Shown here: piece by piece, positions 28,433-39,863 of the stretch
Numbering within the stretch: the first letter of the stretch is position 1
How the letters are laid out: every line of letters begins with the position of its first letter
DNA from: Glaucostegus cemiculus
Taxonomy: Eukaryota
Direction of reading: 5' to 3'
DNA: 64,000 nt
Assembly (NCBI GenBank): GCA_976551045.1
Contig: CDPCPM010000011.1
Location: 5,828,001-5,892,000, forward strand
The notes under the pieces: model-generated
Told to the model about the DNA's origin: nothing
What the model saw: the letters and a program-made list of their open reading frames with translations, nothing else
Databases searched by the model: none
Made by a program: the position numbers and the translations under genes

Positions 28433-28879
28433 CTTCAGCTTCTGGTAAATCCCTCTGGCATTTAGATCTGGCAAGAGTAATCAGAGAGCACACTCGTGCT
28501 CTGACAGGTTCTTTCCTGGCAACCTCCTGTCAGGAGTGTCCTTGATCAGTGAAGATGGCTCCTGAATGTACAGTTCCTACCTGGGTTCCTCTGCCCCTCA
28601 GGGAGAATTCTGCCATCCTCTTCCCTTACTGGAGCATACAATCATTTCTGGTAAAGACTTCTCAATAGCTGGAAGAAAGCATCTTATACTATGGTTTAAT
28701 CCTATAGAGGTTGCTTTCTGAGGTCAGAACTGTGAACAAATGTGTTCATTGAGCAAGAAATTTGAATACAAATCCTTGTTCCACGAACAATTTGTAGCCC
28801 AATTCTGCTATACTCCAACAGTGCTGAAAAACTTTGCTATTTTTTTAAGTTTATTATGCAGGTTACAAATGCTGTTTTA

Positions 28880-29230
28880 CTTCCCAACAAAGTGATGCAG
28901 CTGAATTCCTAGACCAAGTTGTCTTTGCTGTGGGAAAAGCGATAAAGCATGTTTTGTGTGGACTGAAAGGGAGTTGTGACAGCTGTGGTGTGAAATGCTA
29001 TTGGTGCAGTAGGAAGGAGATGTGTCACCCATTGGTTGCCATGAGGCAGAGGCGTACCTAATGAAGATCTTGAGAGAAGTGTGTTTATCATTGGGTAAGT
29101 CACATGGCATGCTTTATAATGATGTGAGACAAGATTGGAAATATGTTGGTTCTGAAGCCAAATAATTGTCAATGGCAACATCATGTAAGTTATTTGACTT
29201 GGATCATCTGCAACAAGGCTGAAAATGGGT
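28880..29230 (-). mobile_element. Possible very old L2-type RT remnant
   Basis: Minus-strand peptides SSLGTP, QPMGD and IAFHTTAVTT occur in the order of GSILGP, LPLGD and FHMYADDT. Similarity is weak. Confidence 0.35.
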
Positions 29231-30394
29231 ATTTAGTGTGAAGCAGGAACTGAAGAGGAATGCAACAGAATAGCATGCCTCTACATTCCCTTATGAAATA
29301 CAGGCAACTGAATGCTGATTTTCAGCTTGCTTTTATGAGTTTAAGTCACGCTGCATTTCCAACAAGCTGTTAACAGCAGAGTTAAGCTAATATTCAACAA
29401 GTGGAAGAAGGTTGTAGGGGATCATTCATCTAAACTATTGGCCTTTGTTTCTGTACTATTTTGAAATATGAGAGTGAATTTATCTCAGGGCAAAAATGTA
29501 CTAATCTACAGGACTCATGAAAAAGGATAGATTCTCATCAGCTATAGCAATGCTGCAAGTAATTGTGGTCATTTTCTGGGATATTGCATAAATGTTTCAT
29601 TGGTCTTCTGTAATTCCTTCAGAAACTGAAATTAGTATGATTATGAAGAATGGATGAAGTACCTTTGAACTTGTTCATTATAGACATAGGTACTGATTTA
29701 TGTCCTTCAAAACTACAGCTATCTCAAGTGTGACCCAATGTTGCTCATAATCTAATTCCAACAACATGTGAATAGAAAACAACTCAATTTAGTTTACACT
29801 GCCTTACTTAGCTGAGAATCTTTTCTTTGAATTAGAGCACTGACTACTAACCCTTTGGTTATATAAAGCTGTATCTTTGGTTGTAGAATAAAATGAATAA
29901 AGTGGATGGATGGATGCAGTGAAATAGAGTAAAAAGCCACCAAGCACAATGATGAGGCCACCACACATGGCATCCATTTTCCATCTATGTCAGGCTTCCA
30001 ATAGCTATTAATTTCATTTGGGGTCTGTGTGTTATTAGACCCTTAGCCGCAATCTCTGTATAAAATATCTGCACTTAACAATCCTGAGTGATTCCTGTCA
30101 ATCCACATTATGTGTGAGGTCAGATCGCAAGTGTACATTTCGCTGTGCCTACATGCCAATTAATCTTGCAGGAAATATTAGCACCGAAGTTGGGCGAGTA
30201 AGATGCGAACAGTGTGCGTATACTTATTTTAGAATTTCAAGCTGACCCTTAAGGCAGGTCAAGTGAAAATTTCAAATCTTGAAAATTTTAAGGATATTGG
30301 ATGATAACAACCTTTCAAAGAAAGAAGGTATGAGTGGGTGGTAAAAAGAAACAAATAACTTTCTCATTCAGACAATCCTTTAGCAGCTTGTACC

Positions 30395-30490
30395 AATATC
30401 TTTCTATGTGGTTTGGTCAGTTTTTGTCTGAAGCTCCTTGTAATATTTTGTTGTGGTAAGGAGCTGCATAAATGCAAGTTGTTGAGGTTG
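30395..30490 (+). mobile_element. L2-type 3' tail
   Basis: tttgtctgaagctcc...aaggagctgcataaatgcaagttgttg resembles the L2 terminus (ggcgctatataaatgcaagttgttg). Confidence 0.55.
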
Positions 30491-30892
30491 AACAGATCAT
30501 ACTTATTAGATATTAGCAATTTGCATAGTCTCGAATAGTTGATCAAAGAGGATATATTTGTTGAGTAAGTGTTACTTTTTAGGCTATTAACATTACTTTG
30601 TCCTTTTGTTTATATTATTGATGTTTCAAGCGTAAATTTTCTAAATTAAGCAGTAAAAAGTTATTTTTCAGCATCCTCACCATTAACAACCCACTGCTGC
30701 AAATCACAGTGACATAACATTGCAACTTATTGTCCCTGAAGAATATTTACTGAGAAATTGGTAAACATGGCCAGGCAGCACTAGTGACAGGTCAGCACGA
30801 ATGTGAAGACAGAAACCTTTTGTTTTAAAATGACCGTCATATGATAGTTATGGCCACTGAAGTGCTCCAGAACATGCCAACAGAATCCTTCT

Positions 30893-31276
30893 CCGTGGCA
30901 CACCCAATAGAGCTAGTGCCTCACACCCGCAGTGACCCTGATTCAATCCTGACCTGTCGGTGTGGAGTTTGCATATTCTCCCTTGACCACATGGGTTTCC
31001 TCCAGAAGCTCATATCCCAAAAATGTGTGGTTTTCTAGGTTAATTGGCCACTGGAAATTGCTCCTAGTGTGTAGGTAAGTGATAGAGTCTGGGGGAGTTG
31101 ATGAGAACCTGGGAAGAATTGGTCACAGGGACACTTAGTGAGGAATTAGTGAGGAAGAGACCACAGTATATGAAAGGCTAGAAGAGTGCAATGTTCTTCT
31201 GGTGAGGAATGAGATTGGTCTGTGAGCTGGCATAGACTTGATGGGCCAAAACAGTCTCCGTCTATGTTGTAAGGAA
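30893..31276 (+). mobile_element. Older V-SINE with CR1-type tail
   Basis: Head with B box gattcaatcc, core gtggagtttgcatattctcc...gggtttcctcc, ggttaattggcc, and tail ggcatagacttgatgggcc. Confidence 0.85.
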
Positions 31277-32529
31277 AGAGCATGGGATCAGTCCATCACA
31301 TTACTGCAATTTATGGTACATTTCCTTGCTTCAGCAATGGTGTCATAGAGTTGAGTACAGCAACCTAGTGCTTACTTCCATCATGGCGCTCCAACCTTGT
31401 GGAATTTTTTGAGGTTGGCTCTAATTGGCCGCATGTGAGATTCCTGAGCAAATTAAGCAGAAAATAAGGTCCATCGTTAGAGTTGAAGAATATTCAAAGC
31501 AACTAGGCTCCTTAGTATAAATCATGGCAGAGGATGAGAAGGAGCCACACGGTTCCATCAATTTTCTCTCTGCTGGGGGATATCCATCAGTATGGTGATC
31601 TTGTGCTATTAAGTCCTGTCTTCTTCTGTGCATTGGAAAGACAATGGGTGGGTTGACGTGACAAACATTGCCTCTGATGCCTTCAAGTGGACACCATGTG
31701 TGCTTGCACAGGTTGATCCTCATGCTCACTAGAAGCAGGCAGAAGTCATAAAGAGCCACTGACCTTGACTGGCAATGCAATCTCAATGGTACATGTAGTT
31801 AAAGGTTTCTTCTCAAAAGAGTCACAGTTCTGCTACTGCGATTCAGCTTACCCAACAACTACTGAGCAGTCCTCTTCAGACATGGTTAGGCAAGTATACC
31901 AGGATCTACAGCTAAGGTTGGTAGTTTAATGGCAGGCAGAAGCAGTTTGGTGTAACCACCTGGTGAATTCCCTAACATGCCTTTTTTCTGTCTTCTACCA
32001 CCATAACTAGGAAGTGTAATTTGGTGCTCAACAGCCACCCTAATTGTTTAATGTACATCTGAAAGACCCAATGCTTGCCCTTTTTTGTTCTGTTCCCCCT
32101 TGAATTGCCATGAATGTTTGAAAGGGTTTCTTTTTGAAGTCGGCTTGTTTTTCAGTTTTTGCTGCCCTGCTGATGTCTTGGAAATGCTTCAATTTCAGCT
32201 TGCTTTACGGTCGATTAAAAAACAATGTTCAGCTGTGAGAGACCAGCGGAGTATGAAAGGCTAGGAGAGTGCAGTGTTCAGCCTGAGTAGGCTTATAGCA
32301 CCGAGGTAGAATTGGGCCCACCCTCTCCTTCCTCTACAGTTAACACTTGAATGAAGTGAATGAACAAGGAGAGCTTGATTCTGGTACACACCAACCCAGC
32401 AGCAGTATATTTCAATGTAAGGCATGGAAGGCTGGAGGACACTGAACATGTGTACGGAGTGCGCAGATCCGAAGAAATGAACAAAGTAAAATATTACTGA
32501 GGACCGTTCAGACCGAACAGTCTCTACGT

Positions 32530-33000
32530 AAGAACAATCCACCCAGTCCCATTCTTTTGCCCCCTCGCCAAAACCTTGAAAATTCTTTCCTTTCATATAC
32601 TTATCCAGCTCCCTTTGGAATGTTGCAACTGGATCTGCCTAAACTCTCATTCCTGGCTGTTCATTCCAGACTGTAACCACTCACAGTTTAACATTTCACA
32701 TCACTCTTGCCAATCACTTTCATTCTATGTCCACTGGTTCTGGACCCCCCCCTCCCCCCCACCAAAAGGGAACTGTTTCTCTCTTTCTGCTCTATCTATA
32801 TGCTTCATGATTTTAAATCCCTCCATTAGGTGCCTCACAATCTCCTCTACTCCCAGGACAACCACAACTTTGTCAAGCTTTCTGCAAAGCCAAACTCCCT
32901 CATCCTATTTCAGTAGATCTCTCCTGGGCCCTCTCTAAAACCTTTACATATTTCCAAAAGCACAGCATCCAGAACTAGGCAGAATATTTTATTTGTGGCT
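32530..33000 (-). mobile_element. Decayed CR1 3' fragment
   Basis: Antisense motifs tacttatccagctcccttt, cattccagactgtaaccactc, ttcatgattttaaa and ccagaact. Confidence 0.75.
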
Positions 33001-35292
33001 GAACTGGTATTTGATGATTACTTCATTGTAACTACAGTGGAAAGAGAAACTCCAAATTATCAAGAGCAGAGGAAAGCTCAGAGGCAGGTTAGAGATCGAA
33101 CACATATGTGTCAATATAACTTTTAACTCTTCCACCACATTCCCATCTAACCTACTGTGAGAATGGACCCAGAGAATCAACACTATTTGGTTATATTTGT
33201 GCCTGATTCAGTATCCAGTGATATTTTCAAAATCCTTTAGCAATTCAATTATTAGCCTGCTGTTTCAGTTTCGGGTGCAACCAATCATGAGTATAAATTG
33301 TGCTCCTGATATATTTTACTTTTCTCATTTATGTTCACTCACTTATTGCTGAATATAAAATTTGCCTTAAATACGGAAGAAAGGGAAACATTTTGGAAAA
33401 CAGCTTAAAACATATATCTGAACTGCAGAATGTTTACTGGTATAAATAATGGTTAACCTGTTGCCGTTTGATTAATACAATTTAAAACATGCTTGTCACA
33501 AAACTAAATATTTTATTCATACCTCTGTGAGTGATCCAACTTTAAATAACTCAACATGCTTTTAAAACACAACAAAGAGCCAGATGCAAGTTACTTTGGT
33601 ACAAAGGAGACTGTAAAGTAGAAAAAAAGCTTGACAATATTCCTATTGGTGTCCTTGTGTTTAATAAAACCTGAACTTTAGGAGCTTACTCAAAAGTTTT
33701 CAAATGGTGCAGTTAGCAGAAAGTGTAATAGTGATTGATTTGATCAGATTGCCAGTTTGATTCTCTGGCCAGCTTATAGCTTGATGTTGTTTAGTTATTA
33801 AAAGATATAAAGGAGACTGATTTGCCTTCAATGGGATTTGCACTTGAAATTCCTTGTTCTTATGCACTGCTTCAAACAACTCCAGGCAAATTTCACAGAA
33901 AAGGCTGAAGTAACATTATAGAATATCCTAATTTTATCAATTTACTCTGAGGAAATACTATTTTTGTACATTATCTATCCACTGTGCACATAAATATACA
34001 GAAACCCTTCATGGACTGATAAGGGATCACTGGTGGATTACAGTATGCAAAGCACATTGATAGCAATTTATGTGAAACTATTCAGAAAACATATTTTAAA
34101 AAATGTGGAAAATCACTGCCTCCTTGTTAACGAGTCAGATAATTTCTGATGGAAAGCTAATTGATGTCAATTTCTAAGGCAATTCCCCAAATCCCTACCT
34201 ACACCCCATCCCTCTGGTTTGGTCCCTAATTTCCCAGAGTAATTTGAAATTTTGAATGATGTAAATCTCCAGAAATTATTTTGGAATTCTTGAAAAGTAA
34301 GTTTAATTTGTCTCAGAACAAGTTGAACCTGCGTAATGACTTGTTTAATTTACTATCTTAGCGTGATTATCATCAAGAAAATGACCTACACTGATTTAGA
34401 AGACTGACCCTTTGGGAAATGTTATTGCTTTGTTTAGATCTGCTTGCTGACAGAAATTACCAAGGCATGAGCAGGTATGAAAGTATAAAGTCAAAACAAG
34501 TGGTGTCAGTTTAGAAGCAATTGCTTTAAAAAACCAGGTATATAGTTCTCTGTTTTTTACTATCAGCTATTGTAAGCTGTGGGTTCATATCGATATTTAC
34601 ACAGTTTTAGGCTATATGTATTTGCTGGATTGTTACTTACCATAAAAGCTATAAAGTTAACAATTCCAGAAGACATAAGAGATGGTACTATCAAAGAGAA
34701 AGTTAATATGGCAAGAAATTTTTATAATTAGGAAATTATCCTGTGCTGTTGTAATCTGAAGGGAAGGAAAACCATTGAGTTTTGTAGAGATGATATTGAT
34801 TCTATATCAAACTATCTTTAAAAAAAGTGGCTAGAAACTTTCTCCTGTGTAAGATAATGTTTCTGTGTTCTACACGAGCAAATTTTATTTAAGGGCCAAG
34901 CAAAATGCAATTGAGACTTTTGTGTGCATGTTTGTGAATAGGATATGTACACACTGAGGCCAACAGTCATGGTCAACAATGTCAAATTGTATACGTTGCC
35001 TATTTTGATGTTAGATACACAAAATTCTTTTGATAATTGCAGCATCATGTTTGGTCAATCCCACTCAAGCAGGTCTTAATTAGAAAGTTGAAGTCTGCCT
35101 CAGCTGTGGTTGTAAGGGAACATTACCCAATGCCTGAACTTCAGATCTGACACTACTGCCAGCAATACTCTGGACCTCCAAACCAGGTCCAGATGACTCT
35201 CCACCCCCTTTGCCCATGATCCACTTCTTTCATAATCCAATGCCTATCTGATTTCACCTCCAAACCATGCAGTGATAGAAAAAATGGCGAAA

Positions 35293-35372
35293 AGAGTTAT
35301 AGAGCTGGACAGCACAGAAACAGGCCACACAGCCCAACTCATCCATGCAGACCATGATGTCTACCTAAGCTA
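35293..35372 (-). mobile_element. CR1 3' tail
   Basis: acagcacagaaacaggcc...cagcccaactcatccatgcagacc. Confidence 0.8.
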
Positions 35373-37879
35373 AAGGCTTCTCTTTATGCATTATGTACAA
35401 AGCTCTTTTGAGCACCTTGTCTTTGTCCTAGTAGTGAATAGAACCTCGCTGCCAAGGGCCTCAAAAAAAAAATCAAGAGGCCAGGGCAGCTGTGGCTGAG
35501 ATTGTTCATATCCAAATATATTACCAAAGGGTAAGACCTAAGTAATGAAGATTTCTAAACAGAAGGTAATATTTGCAATACTTCAAATTATTGGCCCATT
35601 AGCCTGTAGGGAAACCAACGGAGTCCATTGAAAACAAGCTGTTGGTGTTGATGGTAATGAAATGATGAACTCTAGATATTTTGACTTCTAAGAGAAACTT
35701 GTGACAAAAGTAAATGTTCTTGGTAGTAAGAAAGGGCACTGAAGAATAAATTAGAAAAAAGCACGAGTTAATAATAGCTTGTATTGGGCACTTGTGATTA
35801 AGCATGTATCTCAGACTGGAGAGATTCATTGTTCACATGGACCAATTAAACATGTGACAAATTCATAAAAAACACAGGGAAGCATGATATTTGCAGGAAA
35901 GATAAAGTTAGATAAAAGTTTATGGAGGCTTTTGAAGAAACAGCTGAATTACCAATATTGGGAAATGTTTACATTGTATAATACTGTATTAGTGATAAAG
36001 TGGAAATATGATTTCAAATTAATCATTAAAAGGCATGGATTAAGAAAATAAAATGTAGATTTAATGATTGACTAAACAATATGAGTATAGTCATCAAATA
36101 TGAAACAACTGCATGGGCAAATGAAATATTGGTGAACATAATATATACAAAACAACAAAGACCAATGGGAATGCAGCAGCAGTGAGACATGAAGTATTCA
36201 ATGTCAAAGGGGTTGGAGCCTTTGTAAAAGGTACAATGCAATAAAAAAGCACCTATGTTTTCTAAGGAACATATTCTATTTTTTGTGATTGATAATTAGT
36301 CCAGATGGACCCTGAATTGAATGATGAAGCAAACTAGGTGAAGAGCTCATGTCTGCCTTGTGTTCAGGCACCAACTGCAATAATCCACTGTATTCCAGGA
36401 ATTACTGAGTTTACTTCATGTTAAAACAGATAGGGATGAATTGGTTGGGTTTGCTTGCATTTTATCTCATAAGTGACAAGCTACGAAATTCAAAGGTCCT
36501 CCAGAACAAGTAGAGGGTTTTGACTTATGATGTAATGGAGTTGTTTCACATGAATATCATAAATTAACACTGATATAAATGTCATGGTTGTACACAAACC
36601 AAAAAGAATTAACAAGTAAACTAGAAATATGAGTTTGTTGCACTGTGTAATAACATTAAAATCTTCACAAGCAATGGAGTGTTTTTGCTCCTTCCTCTAA
36701 CCAATGTGCTCCTCATGGAATTACAAAACATAAAAAAGATGCATCTGCATTATCTAGTGCTGACATTCATGATTAATTGATTCACATTACACAGATGGAT
36801 AGTGGAACAACCTTCCACTCTTTTGGGAAATCTAAGTTTGGGTCAGTGCTAGTGAACAATTGGACATTAAGTGCTCAACAATTCATAAGAACTTAAATAT
36901 CCGAGCATCTCTTCTTAAAACATTGATAAGAAAAGGAGAATAAATACCCCACAGACTAGTGCTGGAGTTATTTTTAACCCAAGTCTTCATTCATATGAGT
37001 AACCTTGGAATTCCACTTATTTTTAGAAGTATTTTATGGGAATCAATATTCTACCTCCAAACGGATTACCCAGGTATTTGGCTGTAGTTTACTGTTAGCA
37101 GAAATGCCATCAATGAAGCATTGAAATCAGTAATTCAGGCTTTGTCTACACTGGATGCTGGGAGGAACAAATTGGAAACCTGGCCCTTGAGCTGTACTGG
37201 GACCATATTTTACATGTAATGAAATAGAATATTTCAACAATTTGTAGAGAAATCTGAATTGCTCACATTCTGAATGGATTGGCCTTTAACTACCTACTTT
37301 GTTCAATTTCTCAAGGAGAGATTAAAGATAAGAGCACTGTAAACAAAGACTGAAATGAAAATAATAGTTCTTCAAAATTGTTTCCTTAACAAGTGGTGCA
37401 GATGGTAACACCTACAATTCAATTTTCACACCAAAGATCCCGCATCCTGCACTTGGGGATATTTGTTTAAAATTGCAAATTGATGGTTCAATTCTGAAAA
37501 CGGTGTCAGATACAAGTCGGCAATGTGATAATGAATACAGTCTGGATCAATTTAACAGTTTAACTTCTTGGTTTTTGCTTGGCAGACAATGGGTCAGAAG
37601 TATCTCGACATTGATCATGCTCCACTGCTCTCAGCTTCCTGTAGGTCCTGTGGAAACACAAGTGAATAGGTTTTCCACGCCACGTCTGCTGAAGTGATTG
37701 AAGCAGAGCATGACCAGTTCCAAGGGAATTCTCAGCCAATGTGCTGTCTTTTGGGAGAAATAAAAGAACATTGATTGTATCACCAGTCTATGTTTCAGAG
37801 AAGCAATGGTTTCAGTTGGCACACAGTGGCTGAATTTGAAAATACTGAGATTCTTATAGTTCCAATGCTTTTAGTTTCA

Positions 37880-38190
37880 TGGCCCATCCCTGGTTGCTCT
37901 TTGCCAGTGGTAATGGCTATCAATTATATTAATTAGAATCATAAGTAACTTTTCCTGAAGTACTAATTGGTCGGAATGAACATAGTGGGGGCTGAAGTGC
38001 TTCTTTACATGGTGTATGACGTTGTAACTCTGGGACATCAGTGAACCAGCTCAATTTTTACTCTATTCATGCTGAATTCTGCTGGTGCTTGCCTACAAAT
38101 GCATTGAATATTATTTCATTTTTTACATTGGTTGGATTCAAACTCACTACCCCAAGCTTTCTATCCATGCCCAGTAACCACAGATTTACC
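37880..38190 (-). mobile_element. Old SINE-like element, interrupted by a + strand CR1 tail at about 37968-38030
   Basis: cagtgaaccag...ggattcaaactc...ccagtaaccac resembles 52985-53200. The internal tggtcggaatgaacatagtgggggctgaag...gtatgac is a CR1 tail. Confidence 0.45.
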
Positions 38191-39384
38191 ATACTTGTTA
38201 TGTGTGGAGCTGACCAGCTTGGCTATTCTCCATAGGGAGGTGTTAAAGCGGATGCCAAGTGCTTTATCACAGACAGGAAATAATACTAGATTACTCTTGC
38301 ATACCTCCCAGTGGCCAATTTCAGAATGGTTTTGACAGAGGTCCAGAAGCAGGTCACTTGACAAATCTCAGTGTGGCTGGGTAGCCACCAACTAGAAGAC
38401 GACATTTTAAAATGTATTATAGATGCAATAAACTAATAATAATAAAAAATACATGAAATGGTGGCTTTATCTAATTGTCATTTAGAATATTCAGAATTGT
38501 ATGATTTATTTAAAATAACTGAATCTTTGGCCTGCATCGAAAATTTCCAGTGGCATTCATCTTAGCTGAGGAATTCAAGTTAAAACCTATCTAGGTTAAA
38601 ATTGTTACAGCTACTGTAGGTTTACATTATTTCTGAAGAAACAAACATTATCTTCAACTTTCACCTGAGGTAGACTGAGAAAACATGATTACTAATTAAA
38701 TTCTGTTCTGTTTGTATCATAGACCAATCCCTGTATTAGGCCTGAAGCCAACATCATTATGGAAGCTGGGGAATGAGGGCTTTATCAGTGGGAGCTTTCA
38801 TTCAAAAATGAAACCTGTCAAAAGCCCTATTTAATTTACAAATCAGTACTTATTCCAAACTGCAGTTGATGCATGTTAATTGTTGAAGTATAAATGTAGC
38901 AGCTCCTTGAATTAAGGTTTTAAAGATATTATAAATGGAACAATGCCTGATCGAACAGTTAGCCTGGGGTTTCAAAGCAGAAACACTCTCTGAAGCTGGT
39001 GCTGCACACTGACATGGCTACTGATTCTCCAGTGTACAATGCCAAGAAAGAGTATTGCATTTCTGATGTAAGCTGCACCATCATGGAAAGGTACTGAGAA
39101 AGATTAGTCAGTTATCCACAGGCAGGCAATAGAATCAGAGCATAATGTCTTCGAAGCCTTTCTCATGTAACTTCTCCCCGTTGGGTCAGAAGTAGCACTG
39201 CTGGGATTCTGCAAGCAGGTGGTAAAAGGGGTGCAGAAGGCAGGTTGTTATTAATCAGTCAAGAAAAAAAAGATATAATGAAAATATTGTTATAAATACC
39301 AGCTGTGGCTGCTAGAAATAGAACTCCTGCACTGAGATCGTAGTTAAGATTACCATCAAAAAGATCATCAGAAGAACCATGACC

Positions 39385-39863
39385 TGGAGTCCATTTATTC
39401 AATACTTTCATACAATGTAGTCTCCCCTTCTATAACTTTTTTTTTAAATTTAGAGAAACGGAGCTGACGACATTATATTGTTCTATTTCTATTGAATTTT
39501 AGCCCAGTTTTTTTTTTCTTCTTGTTTTGTTTTTTTTCCCTTTTTTTTTAAATTCATTTTTGGTTCAATTTACTCTATATTATTATGATTTTTTAAATTG
39601 TTTTTTCTTAAAAAATTGTTTTGGGTTTTTTTTTGTTTTGTTTTTTCTTCTAATTATATAACAAATCTTCTTTTTTATCTTTTATATTACACTTATGAAC
39701 TGAGATATTGTTGGAATTATTTCTATTATATACATCATACTTTATTGCTTTTTTTTTGATTATCTACGATTTATTTGATATTTATATAATACATGTGTAA
39801 ACATTGTTGTTATATATCTTAACCTGTAATGATTTGTTATCAATAAAAAGATTGAAAAAGAAA
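39385..39863 (+). mobile_element. 5'-truncated L1-clade retrotransposon with 15-bp TSD
   Basis: agaagaaccatgacc occurs at 39370-39384 and 39864-39878. The insert starts WSPFIQYFHTM* (fish-type L1 ORF2 C-terminal WxPF motif), followed by a T-rich UTR, AATAAA at 39842 and an A-rich tail. Confidence 0.85.

Noticed and set aside
32340-32416. Coding exon between ctacag and gtaagg
   Set aside because: Stops occur in all three frames within the first 15 nt.
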